DNA from: Hormiphora californensis
Lineage: Eukaryota > Animalia > Ctenophora
Direction of reading: 5' to 3'
Assembly (NCBI GenBank): GCA_020137815.1
Contig: CM035351.1
Location: 7,688,001-7,752,000 of the forward strand
Length of the DNA: 64,000 nt
Both the position numbers and the translations under genes were made by a program. This document shows, in pieces, positions 1 through 15,900 of the stretch (position 1 is the stretch's first letter; every line of letters starts with the position of its first letter). The notes under the pieces were generated by a model. That model saw only the letters and a program-made list of their open reading frames with translations. It was not told the origin of the DNA and searched no databases.

Positions 1-2268
1 AGGATTCCTATACCCCAACCAAAAGAAGCAGCTCTATCATATTGAGTTCTCCTTCGCTGCTGATCCCCCTACTGTCCGTCCCGGGACTGGGACTGATGCT
101 CGTCCTGGGACTGGGGTTGATGCTCGTCCAGGAGATGATGCTCGTCCTGGGACTGCGACTGATGCTTGTCCTGAGACTGATGCTCGTCCTGGGACAGCGA
201 CTGATGGTCTTCTTGGGACTGGGACACCACCAGCCGATGCCCCATCCATTAAGGAGGAGGAGAAGGAGGGAGAGGTGGTGTTTAGTACAATAGACATGCC
301 CTGGACAGAGGAGAAGATGATTTTTAGTGTGCCTGTCATTGTTAGGTTAGTTAGTCACTAACTTAGTTACTATTAGTAATACTAACTAGTTAGTGAGACA
401 TCTGTCACGGGCATGGTAGAATCTGTCGCTGCTTCCAAGTAACATTGCATGCAGTAGCGGCTGGGCCATGGACAGTGGATTCTGGTTGAGAGTCCACTGT
501 CCATCAGGGTCCGATCGGGATCGGGATCGAGATTTCTGGCCGGGGCCGGCGCGGACCGGGAAGGCTATTTTTTGGCCCGGATCGGGAAGGCTATTTTTTG
601 GCCCGGACCGGGGCCGGGTGTCAAATTTTAGGCCGGGGCCGAACTGGGGCTGGGAAGGCAAAAGATTAGCCGGGGCCGGGGATCGCCGGGGCCAGGATGT
701 GGCGTAAGCACGAATTTTCATCCTCAAAGAAAATTGAAGGTTCATCTTCTAGTTGATCCCACGCACTTTCCAATGTCACCACTCTCCACTGATGTTCACA
801 GAGACTGTAAAAGTCTAGACTAAACCCATACGGGGAGAAAAATTATTAAGAGAAAAAAGATCAGAGGCGATCGTCTTATCTGAATAAATTCACTGAATAA
901 ATTCACTGAATAAATTCAGATGAACTTTGCTGAGTTTTGTTCTATATAATAAAGTCGGATTTTTTGAAACTGTCACCCCCTGGGTGGCGCACGAGTTTTT
1001 ATTTGCGCGTCGGAAACTTGTTTTCGCTCTCACGCCTTTGTTTCTTGACCAATTTCGTCAAACCAAAGTTTTACGGACTCACAAAATTATGCTCTTTCCG
1101 ATGATATGCGGTTTTTAGCCGAAAAGCGAGAGCAAGTGGGGGCTGTCACGCGCAAATACGACGCCGCACGTGAAAAGGGGGGTGACAATTTCAAAAAATC
1201 CGAGGGTCGGGCCCTGCTGTCCATTCAGAGTCTGAATACCAGAGTTCCTGGTAACTTCTCCACGTTATTAATTATTTCTTAATTAACAGGTGCAGTGATT
1301 TGAGTAATTTGGAAGAGTTCTTGACGAAGGAGATCCAGTTTACTCTTGTTGAGAAGACAATCGAGAGTTGGACAGTTATCGCACCCCCTGATACAGCATC
1401 AACCACCCCGCCTCCATCTGGGGGTAAAAAGAAAGGTACATGTCCTCGAGATAAATCGTGATCTTTGCAGGTAGTATTATAACCATTAAAACCATATTAA
1501 GTGGACATGAGTAGTTAAAAACCATTCTCACGTGATCACGACAACCTTAGATTCCATTTTAATAGTTTATCCCTCCCTCGTGGTCCTTCCTCGAGGTCTT
1601 CAGTGATACTGAGAATTAAACCCCACAAACCCCACACGATAACATGATTCGTATATTTTTATTAATTTAGGTGGTGCACCAAAGGAAGACAAGAAGAAGA
1701 AGAAGGCTGAAACTGGAACGGGGGAGAAACCCATTAAAGATAAAGAGGGAAACATACTAAAATGGGAGGAAGGAACCCCTACCCTGTCAGAGATTGCCCA
1801 TGTCAAAACATCCATCAAAAACCTCTTGGCAGGTAATTAATTCAGTCTTCTGAACTAGTGTGTCAGCGCTACAATTCACCTTGATAGCGAATATTTTAAT
1901 GTGAACGCATGTGCGAGATCGAGCTCACACATATTACCCGCGAAGCGAGAATAGGTGGAAATGGTACCAAATCTTGGATTACGACTGTCAGTTTACTAAT
2001 GATATCACTCCCTCATTCAGTAACGGAGTGTGGTGGTAAGATGGAGTGTGTTGTGACAGAAAAACTCCCCACACCCCAACCGGAGAGTGGCCGCAACTCC
2101 AGCCAGAGCGCTAAGGGCAAGAAGAAAGATAACAAGGCGGGAAAGAAAGGAAAGGCTCCCACTCCTGTCGTAGAAGTGGCACCACCTGAGCCGCTCCAGC
2201 TAGAGTATCAGATATCACGGGTCAAGTGGCAATGTAGTGACGATCACAAACGTTGGTCGGAGAACTAG
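1..2268 (+). CDS. LRRC43: Leucine-rich repeat protein 43-like, 3' exons (gene starts before window); exons ~<1-345, 1290-1435, 1671-1832, 2021-2268
   Basis: In-phase GT-AG splicing gives ...VFSTIDMPWTEEKMIFSVPVIVRCSDLSNLEEFLTKEIQFTLVEKTIESWTVIAPP...KNLLAV...KKGKAPTPVVEVAPPEPLQLEYQISRVKW*, resembling the remembered LRRC43 C-terminus (FSTAHKPW...RDLVPLKAFL...EEKILSWPVV...PEPLTVEVQIQL). First exon contains in-frame DARPGT repeats. Confidence 0.7.
505..1216. mobile_element. Non-autonomous hAT-like DNA element in LRRC43 intron
   Basis: Imperfect TIRs CAGGGTCCGATC / GGTCGGGCCCTG with a perfect 8-bp TSD CTGTCCAT (497-504 and 1217-1224); subterminal GGCCGG-rich repeats; no transposase ORF. Confidence 0.8.
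952..1203. mobile_element. MITE nested in the hAT-like element
   Basis: ~26-bp TIR TCGGATTTTTTGAAACTGTCACCCCC / GGGGGTGACAATTTCAAAAAATCCGA; TA-AAGTCG left end like the element at 17150-17421. Confidence 0.7.
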
Positions 2269-2535
2269 ACACTGATTGTGATTGTGATGAACATAGACTT
2301 AATGAGACAGTGAAAAAGGGACTGAGAAAGACGGGGGAGGGAGAGTAGAGAAACAATGAGAGGTAGAGAGAGAAATGAATCGGGCAATTTTCTCAGTTGA
2401 AAATGAAAATACGTTTTTTATCAATATGTGGCACTGGCATTATATTGAGGGATTATATTTAATTTTATTTTGGGAGTAAAATCAGATCCTCAAAATTTAA
2501 TACATATATTGAGACGTGATCTTCAGTTCTACTCT

Positions 2536-2625
2536 GTCAGGCCAATGCTCTGACCACAGTTCTCGCGTGCTCCGCAGAACGAGAAATTTGAGAGAAACGA
2601 GAATGGGTCAGGCCAATGCTCTGAC
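2536..2625 (+). repeat. Dispersed short element bounded by 19-bp direct repeats GTCAGGCCAATGCTCTGAC (copy 1 of 4)
   Basis: Identical 19-mers at 2536 and 2607; related copies at 6438-6515, 13096-13676 (reverse, interrupted) and 58412-58484. Confidence 0.8.
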
Positions 2626-3763
2626 AGGTTCTACTAGAACTAGGATCTTCTTCTAAAGTTCTAGAAAAAGATCCTAGGATCGTGCAATTGTTGCCATGCC
2701 AGACAGATAGGACATGCCGAGACACATCCTTTCTGTCAATATGCATGGTGCACCATAGTGTCAATAATATTGACACCCCCATTTGACTCAATATGGTGTC
2801 AACTGACTCTTGACAGTGCTCCATTGCCCTGAGCGCACTGTCAAACTGTCTGGCGCCGCCGACCCCATCTGAGCGAACAGTTTTGTGAATCAAATGGGGT
2901 ATGGCGCCGCCAGACAGTGTCAGACAAATTAACTAATATGAAAATATAATGTGGATGATTAAATTTAAGGAAACTGTTTTAAGACCTGTTCGAAATGGGT
3001 GTGTATCATATTTTTCCGATGTAAAAATGTATATTATCTTGTGGAATGTACAATTTACCAAGATTTTAAGTTTTCAAATCCCAAAATCATTCGTGTTGAG
3101 CATTCAATGAATTCAAACATCTATCTAAAAGGTCCCACGCTACCATGACTTTTAATGAAACTGAAAACGGTTGTAGCCGAGATAAAAGGTTGTCATAGTT
3201 GTCAGTGCAATTAAAACTTTTATCTTGGCTACCTGGGGGGGGGGGCTACAATTACTGAATATGGGAAGTTTGATGAGACTGAGACAACGTTGTAAGTTGG
3301 TCCCAATTCAGGACGTGATTGTCAAAAATAATGATGAATGGAGATTTGGGCACGGTGTACCCTCTCTTATCAGGAATCAATGGGGAGGGAGAGGAGAGAT
3401 CAATCCAAAATGAAGATGGGCATTGGGCTGACGGCTGTTCACAGTGAACACTGAACAGCCCATCTCCAACTTCACTGTGTACCAGGTACCTCAAAACGTA
3501 CAGGGTGTGTCTATGGTAATGTGAGCAAAACATGGAGCTCGCAGGTAGTCTCAGAAATATAGCTACCTCATCAACTTCACTGAAACCGTGAAACTAATCT
3601 ATAGTCGTGGGTTTTTAGGAATCCAGCTAATATACTTGGTAGTACCAATGGTACCATTGCCTCAGCATGTGACATGAGAACAAATGGACGGAAAATGAAA
3701 TAACACATCGGCATTCTACCACAATTCTCACTCCTCTTCCCCTAACTTTCACAGTACGTCCAG

Positions 3764-3915
<152 letters not shown>

Positions 3916-4647
3916 CTCCCAACACAGTAGCCCCCTTCTCTCAACATACACACCATTTCCTTGCCACCCTGAAAAACTCTCAACTAAGCCAGTGCCTGTC
4001 ACTGCAGTGTTTACCCCATGTGACTCGATCACAGCTGGTCACGTGGCCCGATCCCACTTCCTCCTTCTCTCTCTCTGCGCAGCACAGAGCTACACGCAAC
4101 TCTGTTACCTTTCCCTCTATATCGCACAGAGGTCCCCTTGTAACATTATTGATTGTCATTGCACCCTGATTCCGTCTGCAGTTTAGTACCTATATCGGTT
4201 TGACATGTTTGTATTATGTAGTGTGTTTGAGAGACTTTCCCTCACCATCCCCTCCCTGTATAACTGATGGTGCCTGAGGGTCTCTACCTAGAGCTAATGG
4301 TGGTGGAGACCCTCAAGTAGATCCAGGTGGTATGCTACCCCCCCCCCCCCCGTACTAATCAGCATGGGGTCTCCCTGAGTCTTCCCCAAATCTGAGATCA
4401 CATGACATGAGGTGTTAATTATGAGCTGCACTATTGAGGGGGTTCAAATCTAGTGGTGGAATTCCAATAGCAATTATTGACTAAAACCAATGACCGGTGC
4501 AGTGAAACTAGATCCATGAAGCATTACTAATTGATAAACACGGTGCAATGCAGACAAGAGCAAGATAAAAGTAAAAGTGCTCTTAGCTCGAGTTTTCACG
4601 ATTTCTTGCCATCTAATATGTTGTATTTCCGACCCCCAGATAATAAT

Positions 4648-7727
<3,080 letters not shown>

Positions 7728-8484
7728 GAGACGAGAATGATAACTCTGTTTTAGAGACGAGAATGGTATCTCTTTTTGAGGGAGGGGTCCAAATAAAAGG
7801 TTGTATGAGGGTTCGGTAGATTAAAGAAAAGGTGCAGAATCGAATCATACGTATGTATACTCCGTTCGAGAGAACACCTTTGTGTTCACTTTGTCCCAAA
7901 AGTTTGAAAGAAACTTTTTATGCGAATCTTCTCGAAGGTAAATCATACAGTTCAGAGACGAGAAGGTTTCTTTGTTTTTGGACTGCGTGGTTTCTTAGGA
8001 AAAAGTTTCTTATTCAAAGCAAAAATTTCTTGAAATAAGTAAGAGTAAGGTATAGAGAATAAGAAAAAAATATTTCCTTACTTCTAAAGAAAACTGTGTG
8101 GAAATAAATGTGTGGAAATAAATTGTATCCTCAGTTTTTGTATTTGATTGTGTGCCAAGAAGGGAAGCAGGACGGGGGTTGTTATGAAATCCCCAACTTC
8201 TACTACTTGGCAATTAATTATACTAGAAGTTCTAGTTATATAGTGCAATTAATTTTATATAAACTTGTGTGTTAGAGTTACAGATTCTCAGTAAGCACTA
8301 GTTATTTTGTTGTTCAGAACATGATAAATCCACACAACAACTTGACAAATATCTTCCCTGAATTGTCTCTGAAACATATCACCCATGATGTGACAACTTC
8401 ACAACACACATAATTTACATATATATTACACACGAATAATACTGCCCGCAGTTTCAATAGATCTAATACATATAGCTAATTTTG

Positions 8485-9458
8485 TTAAGGCCAGAGGGGG
8501 GGGTCGACGGGTTTTTTGGGGTGTTTTTTGAGGTATACGTTATATGAAAGCGCTGGGCAAGGCGGATCGATTAGAACAGACGTCATCGATGTTGCGCGCA
8601 CCGTTTGGCCAAAATTTGGGGGTTAACATTTGGCCTATAATGGATGTTAACCCCTATAAATCAGGAATGGTGGGGTCTAGAACATCCATCATTGTACCAA
8701 AGGCTTCGTCTTGTCTTGATACAACTTCCTGAAAAGTTTTATGTCGTTACTCCAACTGCTTCTTGATTTTTTGGGGGTTTACAAAATATGCGGAAAAAGC
8801 CCTTTTTGCCTCTAATTTTGCTCTTTTTTGGGACATCCTGCCTCACTTCCTGAAATAACGGCTAGGACTCAGACCTTGCCGTTTGGCATAGTTGTTCTAG
8901 AGACCGTGTTCTTCAAATTTGATGTAGCGATTTTTGATTAAGGCCCCCGTTCAAAAATTATAGGGGTTTACATAAAATTTTCATGGACAAAACAAATGTT
9001 AACCCCTATAATTTTTGAACGGGGGCCTTAATCAAAAATCGCTACATCAAATTTGAAGAACACGGTCTCTAGAACAACTATGCCAAACGGCAAGGTCTGA
9101 GTCCTAGCCGTTATTTCAGGAAGTGAGGCAGGATGTCCCAAAAAAGAGCAAAATTAGAGGCAAAAAGGGCTTTTTCCGCATATTTTGTAAACCCCCAAAA
9201 AATCAAGAAGCAGTTGGAGTAACGACATAAAACTTTTCAGGAAGTTGTATCAAGACAAGACGAAGCCTTTGGTACAATGATGGATGTTCTAGACCCCACC
9301 ATTCCTGATTTATAGGGGTTAACATCCATTATAGGCCAAATGTTAACCCCCAAATTTTGGCCAAACGGTGCGCGCAACATCGATGACGTCTGTTCTAATC
9401 GATCCGCCTTGCCCAGCGCTTTCATATAACGTATACCTCAAAAAACACCCCAAATTAA
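8485..9458. mobile_element. ~940-bp near-perfect palindrome (foldback element), TTAA-bounded
   Basis: Arms 8515-8973 and 8996-9454 are reverse complements (identical 62-aa ORFs at 8544+ and 9425-), ~22-bp spacer; TTAA at 8485-8488 followed by GG, and TTAA at 9455-9458. Confidence 0.85.
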
Positions 9459-9690
9459 CATGCACTAGTCTGCCGGGTCTCAGTCCCGGGCGGATTGAAA
9501 GCCTTCGTAACAGAGCAACTTAGTCTGTGCTAGGGTTGCTTTGTTAGATGTAACCCACAAAGAGATTCATGGGGTCGCTTTCTGTTGAAACCCTAGGCAC
9601 AGGAGAGACAGTTCAGAGTACAAACATTGTCCCAAATCTTGTTTGTCAAACAAGATTTGGGACATGTATTCGGTAACTAACGGTTACTTA

Positions 9691-9809
9691 AAGTGCGTTT
9701 CAAACGACTTGACCTGAGATTCCTGGAAATTCAGGATTTCCCCTTTGTAAATACACGCGCAATGCGCCAAATTCCAAGAATTACGGGTCAAGTCGCTTGA
9801 AACGGACTT
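9691..9809. mobile_element. 119-bp TA-flanked MITE (second copy reversed at 26451-26569)
   Basis: TIR AAGTGCGTTTCAAACGACTTGACC / GGTCAAGTCGCTTGAAACGGACTT, TA on both sides; near-identical copy elsewhere in window. Confidence 0.85.
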
Positions 9810-9946
9810 TAACATATGTAGGAGCTATTTTAACCCAGGGCATCAGAAAAGTATAAATAAAATGTAGCACATATATTTTCCCACTTTAAAGCTTAATTGT
9901 TTCACATGCCGCTTACTCAATTTCACTCCTGCTTCGTAGGAATTCA

Positions 9947-12900
9947 TCAGCCGAAACTCATTGTCGAAAGCATTTTCTCTATTCGTAGATCGTTTGTGTG
10001 AATATTGCATTTACTTGCATTTATTCTATTTATCTGAAACAGGTGATTGTAGTAAGCTAGAACTGTAGAATAGATAACAGGTAAAAGCTATTAGTTCTGA
10101 GCTGTTGGATAGATTGGACACATTTATTTCCATTTCTATAAACTACAGAAGAAAAAAAGTAATCAATCACAGAGACGAGATAGTGCTCGGTGAGTAACTT
10201 CAAATACCATCTCCATCCTTTAGTTCTATTTGAAATTCTTCTGTAGAATGTAGAATCTATCTACATTGTAGATAGCTAGTAAGTGGGCAAAATCTATTAT
10301 CTTTTGAGCCGTTCTAAACGAGACAAAATCTCATATATATGAGGCAGTTATAACGGCCTCCTATTATAGTAGGTAGCAAGACCATTCTATTAGAATGGTC
10401 TTGCTACCTACTATAGGAGTTATAACTACCGGTAAGAGTAGTACAGCTAGCTACTCGTTTGAATTTCTAAACGAGTATCTGGCTACTCTTACCGGTAGTT
10501 ATAACTGCCTCATACGCGCTCGTCTAGATAAGGCCGTATGAGGCGGTTATAACTGCAAAACGGGCAGGTCGGTAGAACTTCGACAGAATTTAGGGTAGGT
10601 CAATTTAGGGTAGGTCTGAATTTAGGGTAGGTCTGAATTTAGGGTAGGTCTGAATTTAAGGTAGGTCTGAATTTAGGGTAGGTCAATTTAGGGTAGGTCT
10701 GAATTTAGGGTAGGTCTGAATTTAAGGTAGGTCAATTTAGGGTAGGTCCGTAAAGTATCGTTTATAATTTATCAAATCATTGCAATTCGAGATTAGGTTC
10801 TGATTAGGTTCTGATTAGGTCGCTGAACCGCGTAAAGTATCGTTTATAATTTATCAAATTTAGGGTAGGTCTGAATTTAAGGTAGGTCTGAATTTAGGGT
10901 AGGTCCGTAATGTATCGTTTATCAAACAATTGAAATTCGACATTAGGTTCTGATTAGGTCGCTGAACCGTGTCCCGTATCTCGTATCAACTCATTTCAAT
11001 TCGATCTTAGTCACCGATTAGGTCGCTGAACCACGTCCCGTATCTCGTGTCAACTCATTGAAATTCGAGGTTAGACACAAATTAGGTCCCTGAAACACGT
11101 CCCGTATCTCGTATCAACTCATTTCAATTCGATCCTAGTCACCGATTGGATCGCTGAACAGCGTCCCGCATCTCGTATCAACTCATTGAAATTCGAGGTT
11201 AGACACAGACTAGGTCACTGAACCACGTCCCGTATCTTGTATCAAATCATTGCAATTCGAGGTTAGACACAAATTAGATGGCAAACGAATTGTTTTTTTT
11301 TTCTTAAACAGGTTTCAACTCAGGATGGAACTCTTAAAGTCTACGTGCATAAACTAATCAGTGAACAGTCAAACAGTCCTAATTTCATTTGATGCGATAC
11401 GGAACACAGTCTACCGACCTAACCCAGTTCACCTACTTTAAGTAGTACTTAGTGTCGGTGACTAAGATGGAACTGCAATGAGTTGATACGAGATACGGGA
11501 CGTGCTTCAGCGACCTAATCTGTGTCTAACCTCGAATTTCAATGAGTTGATACGAGATACGGGACGTGCTTCAGCGGTACCTAATCTGTGTCTAACCTCG
11601 AATTTCAATGAGTTGATACGAGATACGAGATGTGGTTCAGCGACCTAATTGGTGACTAATATCGAATTGCAATGAGTTGATACGAGATAGTGGACGCGGT
11701 TCAGCGACCTAATCAGAACCTAATCTCGAATTGCAATGATTTGATAAATTATAAACGATACTTTACGGACCTACCCTAAATTTAGACCTACCCTAAATTG
11801 ACCTACCCTAAATTCAGACCTACCCTAAATTGACCTACCCTAAATTCAGATCTACCTTAAATTCAGACCTACCCTAAATTCAGACCTACCCTAAATTCAG
11901 ACCTACCCTAAATTCAGACCTACCCTAAATTCAGACCTACCCTAAATTGACCTACCCTAAATTCTGTCGAAGTTCTACCGACCTGCCGCAAAACGTCCAC
12001 GTTTCATATTTCGTCCACACGTGACAACGATCACGTGTAATAGCAGTTATAACTGCCTCATACGATGGCCCTATTCCGTTCTAGACCAGCTCGTATGAGG
12101 CTCGTACGAGGCAGTTATAGTAGCCGGTCTGCCGGTAAAGGTTCAAACTCTTACCGGCAGTAGAATTCGCGTTCTAAACGAGTATCTACCTACTATTATT
12201 ATAGGAGGCATTTACAACCGCCTCATACATTTTGTCTCCTCTAGAAAGGCTCTTAGTTTCAAATGCCCGTAATCTAGTCGGACAATAGCGATCACCGGTA
12301 AATTCCCCAATACAATAGCTTACCATGCCACTATTAAGCCTATCATTCCGTTTTCCATAAATACCGATGAAGTATATTATATTGGAGAGTAAAATTGATT
12401 CAGCAAGTTCCCTAATGCATTTTTGATTGAAAGTATGGGAGGGCCCCCCATCCACATATAATGTGACATTAGCGATCGGAAAACCACATACGTGTCAAAA
12501 GTTGCTTGACATTTGACAAAATATGTGCTTACGATGCGAGAAAACTTTTATTTTTTCCTAGTCTTGATATTCGTCACCTCTATTTTAGCATACCATTTCC
12601 ATGCTATAAAGGGCTGAATGCTAAGTATAATTCACTGAATCAGTAAATATCTCTGTCTGGCCCTCTCCAGGAACTCCCCCTTATCAAAGCCCCCCTCCCC
12701 CGACATTAGCATTACTTACCATGTTGCTGATCTCTCTATCTGTCTCATCCAGTTGATCACGTAGCGGCTCCAGGGTCTTATCCATATGGCTGAAAAGAAA
12801 TAAATTAAACATAGTGCATTGCCAATAAAATAGTATCCAGACGAGAAATAATATATATGACATACCTTTGCTCTGCTTTGATGGCCGTATCATGATATTT

Positions 12901-15900
12901 GTTCTCTGATTTCCACGTCTCCAGTTCCTTCTGCATACTGTCCAGGTCCTCCTGTAGGTAGTCCAAAACTTTACCAAGGGGTGCAGCACTACTTGCCAGC
13001 ATCTGAATGCTCCCCCGCAGTTGATCTATCTGTAAAAGGGAGGGGTGTTAGTGCAGTCGCATTTGCCTTGCTCAACTTAACACTAAACATCACTTTCAGA
13101 GCATTGGCCTGACCCTATTCTTATTTTTTCCCTGCCCGGGTGAATGCCGAAGGCATTTACCCAGATGCCTTTGCAAAAAGGCATAGGGGTTTAGAATTCG
13201 ACCATTTTACATACTAGTGAGGTGCCACGGTCACAAAACCGGCTGTAACACGCTCAGTTGCGAGGGACAACGGTGTTGCTCCTTCATCAAATACTTCAAT
13301 GTGAGCCGTGCAATGTGGCGTGCAATTTAGTTTTTTTCTCTCTTTGAATTCACTAACCCCAACACCGATTGGCATCACTTTCCAACAGCCGAAGAAAAGC
13401 TGCCGAAGAGAGAAAGGGGGTAACCATATGAAGAGTTAATCGCGATGAGTCTCATTCACATTGGGTTCGATCATTTGCCCCCGGAGTTGGGGTTAGTGCT
13501 ACTAAAACACAAGGATTTGTTTTATACGGTTTGACTAATTCATAAATGATCAGAAATGTCTGTCCGGCCTTCACAATTGGATGGCTATGAAAAAAGTTGG
13601 CGGGGAAACATAGCATTATGAAACATAATGCAGTTATTCTTGTTCTCGAGAACTGTGGTCAGAGAATTGGCCTGACAGAGCCAGCAGCAGTTTGAATGAT
13701 TGAATAAATGCATGAATGAACACTCAAATCAACCTCAGCGGTCATATTTTATTCATAAGCAATCTTCAGCACAATCTTAAGATTGGAACAAGATTTTCAA
13801 TATCTTCTCTAGCTGCTATCTCGCTTTACTCTCACAAAACATGCCCTACTGAGCACACCGGGCATATCTCTCGGTTGTGGAAGTGGTTTTGTTCATCTCA
13901 TTCATGCTAATCTTAAAATTGTTTATAAGTAATCCTATTGTTAATGTACTTTTGCATGAAACTAATTACCTATATTTCAAGAAACTTACAAATAAAAAAC
14001 TAATTTCTCAGAAACCACAAGAGCAATCCAAAAGCTAAGAAACTCGTTTATTAAGAAAGTAAACAAGTAAGGGGTTTCTTATTTTGTTGGGGTGTTTCTG
14101 AATTTTGTGAAATTTACATTTTAAAAGTTTCTTATGAAATATCTCGACCAAAACGCGGAGTTTTTACGTCAGCCGACCCGAATCCTGATTAAATTTGGTT
14201 ACCCGCTGGTCTCAGGGCCTCCAAATATGTCAAAATATGTCTAAATTGTCATTTGGGGTCATATAGACCTTTTAATTACATGTAATTACATTTAAATTAC
14301 ATGTAATTACTTCCAATTACATTCCAATTACTTCAGCACCTCGAGAGCTTTCGAACGCACCCTAGAAATCCTTTCTACTCCTTCTAATTGCCGAGTTCTG
14401 TATACCCCTTATTTTGACTGTTTTTCGCGTCCTACCCCTTATAGGTTTGGGTATGGCCATAGCCACACCCCCTATACGTCGCGGGACCTCGAGACCTTTC
14501 CAACGAGCCATAGAACACCTCTCTACTACTTCAGGGGGCTTCAAAACTTTCACTCTAAAGATATCTATGGTTTTTATGGTTTATGGTTTACTCGACCAAA
14601 ACGCGGAGTTTTTACGTCAGCCGACCCGAAACCGGATTAAATTTGGCCACCCGCTGGTCTCAGGGTCTCCAAATATGTAAAAATATGTCTGAAGTGTCAT
14701 TTGGGGTCATTTAGACCTTTTAATTACATGTAATTACCCTTTAATTACATGTAATTACATTTTAATTACATGTAATTAGTTCCAATTACATTCCAATTAC
14801 TTCAGCACCTCGAGAGCTTTCGAACGCACCCTAGAACACCTTTTTACTCCTTCTAGTCAGGACCACTATTGGTGCGCGGTCGTGCCCACGGAAGGAGTGC
14901 TTGGATCATCTTGAAACCGGTTTTAAGTTCACTAATGCATGCACAAAAGTGTCTGTAGCCATTTGGGTGATGTTCTGACAATCCAATCACGAGTTATGAC
15001 CGAAAAACAGTCAAAAAAGACGTTTTAAAGTGACAAAAAGGAGGATCTGAACACAGCCCTTATATGAAGGGCTGGGGCTTTGAAACTTCTTGTGTGGACA
15101 GAGAATCGTCCAAATTTGCAGTGTCAACTTTCAGATAGTTTCTATCTTTTGTAGTTATCTAATTAGAGTCGTTTAAACATGTGAGAAGTTGCTAAAGGGG
15201 CCTATAATACTGCTTGTCAAGTGATCACTTGACGAGATTTGCCCAATTAGAGAGCGGATTAAAGCATACAAGCGGTGAGAGCAAGCAATATGAGATGGAA
15301 GTAGTACCTAATCACCCTGTTTTGCAGGGTCATAAAGATCGTCTCACATGTTTGAATGGCTCTAATTAGATAACTACAAAAGATAGAAACTATCTGAAAG
15401 TTGACACTGCAAATTTGGACGATTCTCTGTCCACACAAGAAGTTTCAAAGCCCCAGCCCTTCATATAAGGGCTGTGTTCAGATCCTCCTTTTTGTCACTT
15501 TAAAACGTCTTTTTTGACTGTTTTTCGGTCATAACTCGTGATTGGATTGTCAGAACATCACCCAAATGGCTACAGACACTTTTGGGCATGCATTAGTGAA
15601 CTTAAAACCGGTTTCAAGATGATCCAAGCACTCCTTCCGTGGGCACGACCGCGCACCAATAGTGGTCCTGACTATTCCAATTGCCGAGTTCTGTATACCC
15701 CTTATTTTGACTGTTTTTCGCGTCCTACCCCTTATAGGTTTGGGTATGGCCATCGCCACACCCCCTATACGTCGCGGGACCTCGAGACCTTTCCAACGAG
15801 CCATAGAACACCTCTCTACTACTTCAGGGGGCTTCAAAACTTTCACTCTAAAAATATCTATGGTTATGGTTTTATGGTTTTATGGTTTTTTTTCATCTGG

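Noticed and set aside
8544-9425. Two identical 62-aa ORFs on opposite strands as duplicated genes
   Set aside because: They are mirror images in the arms of one palindrome, with no domain similarity evident.
10586-11964. TTTAGGG repeats as an interstitial telomere or chromosome-fusion scar
   Set aside because: Motif is embedded in 15-17 bp units inside a TSD-flanked element, not pure telomeric arrays.
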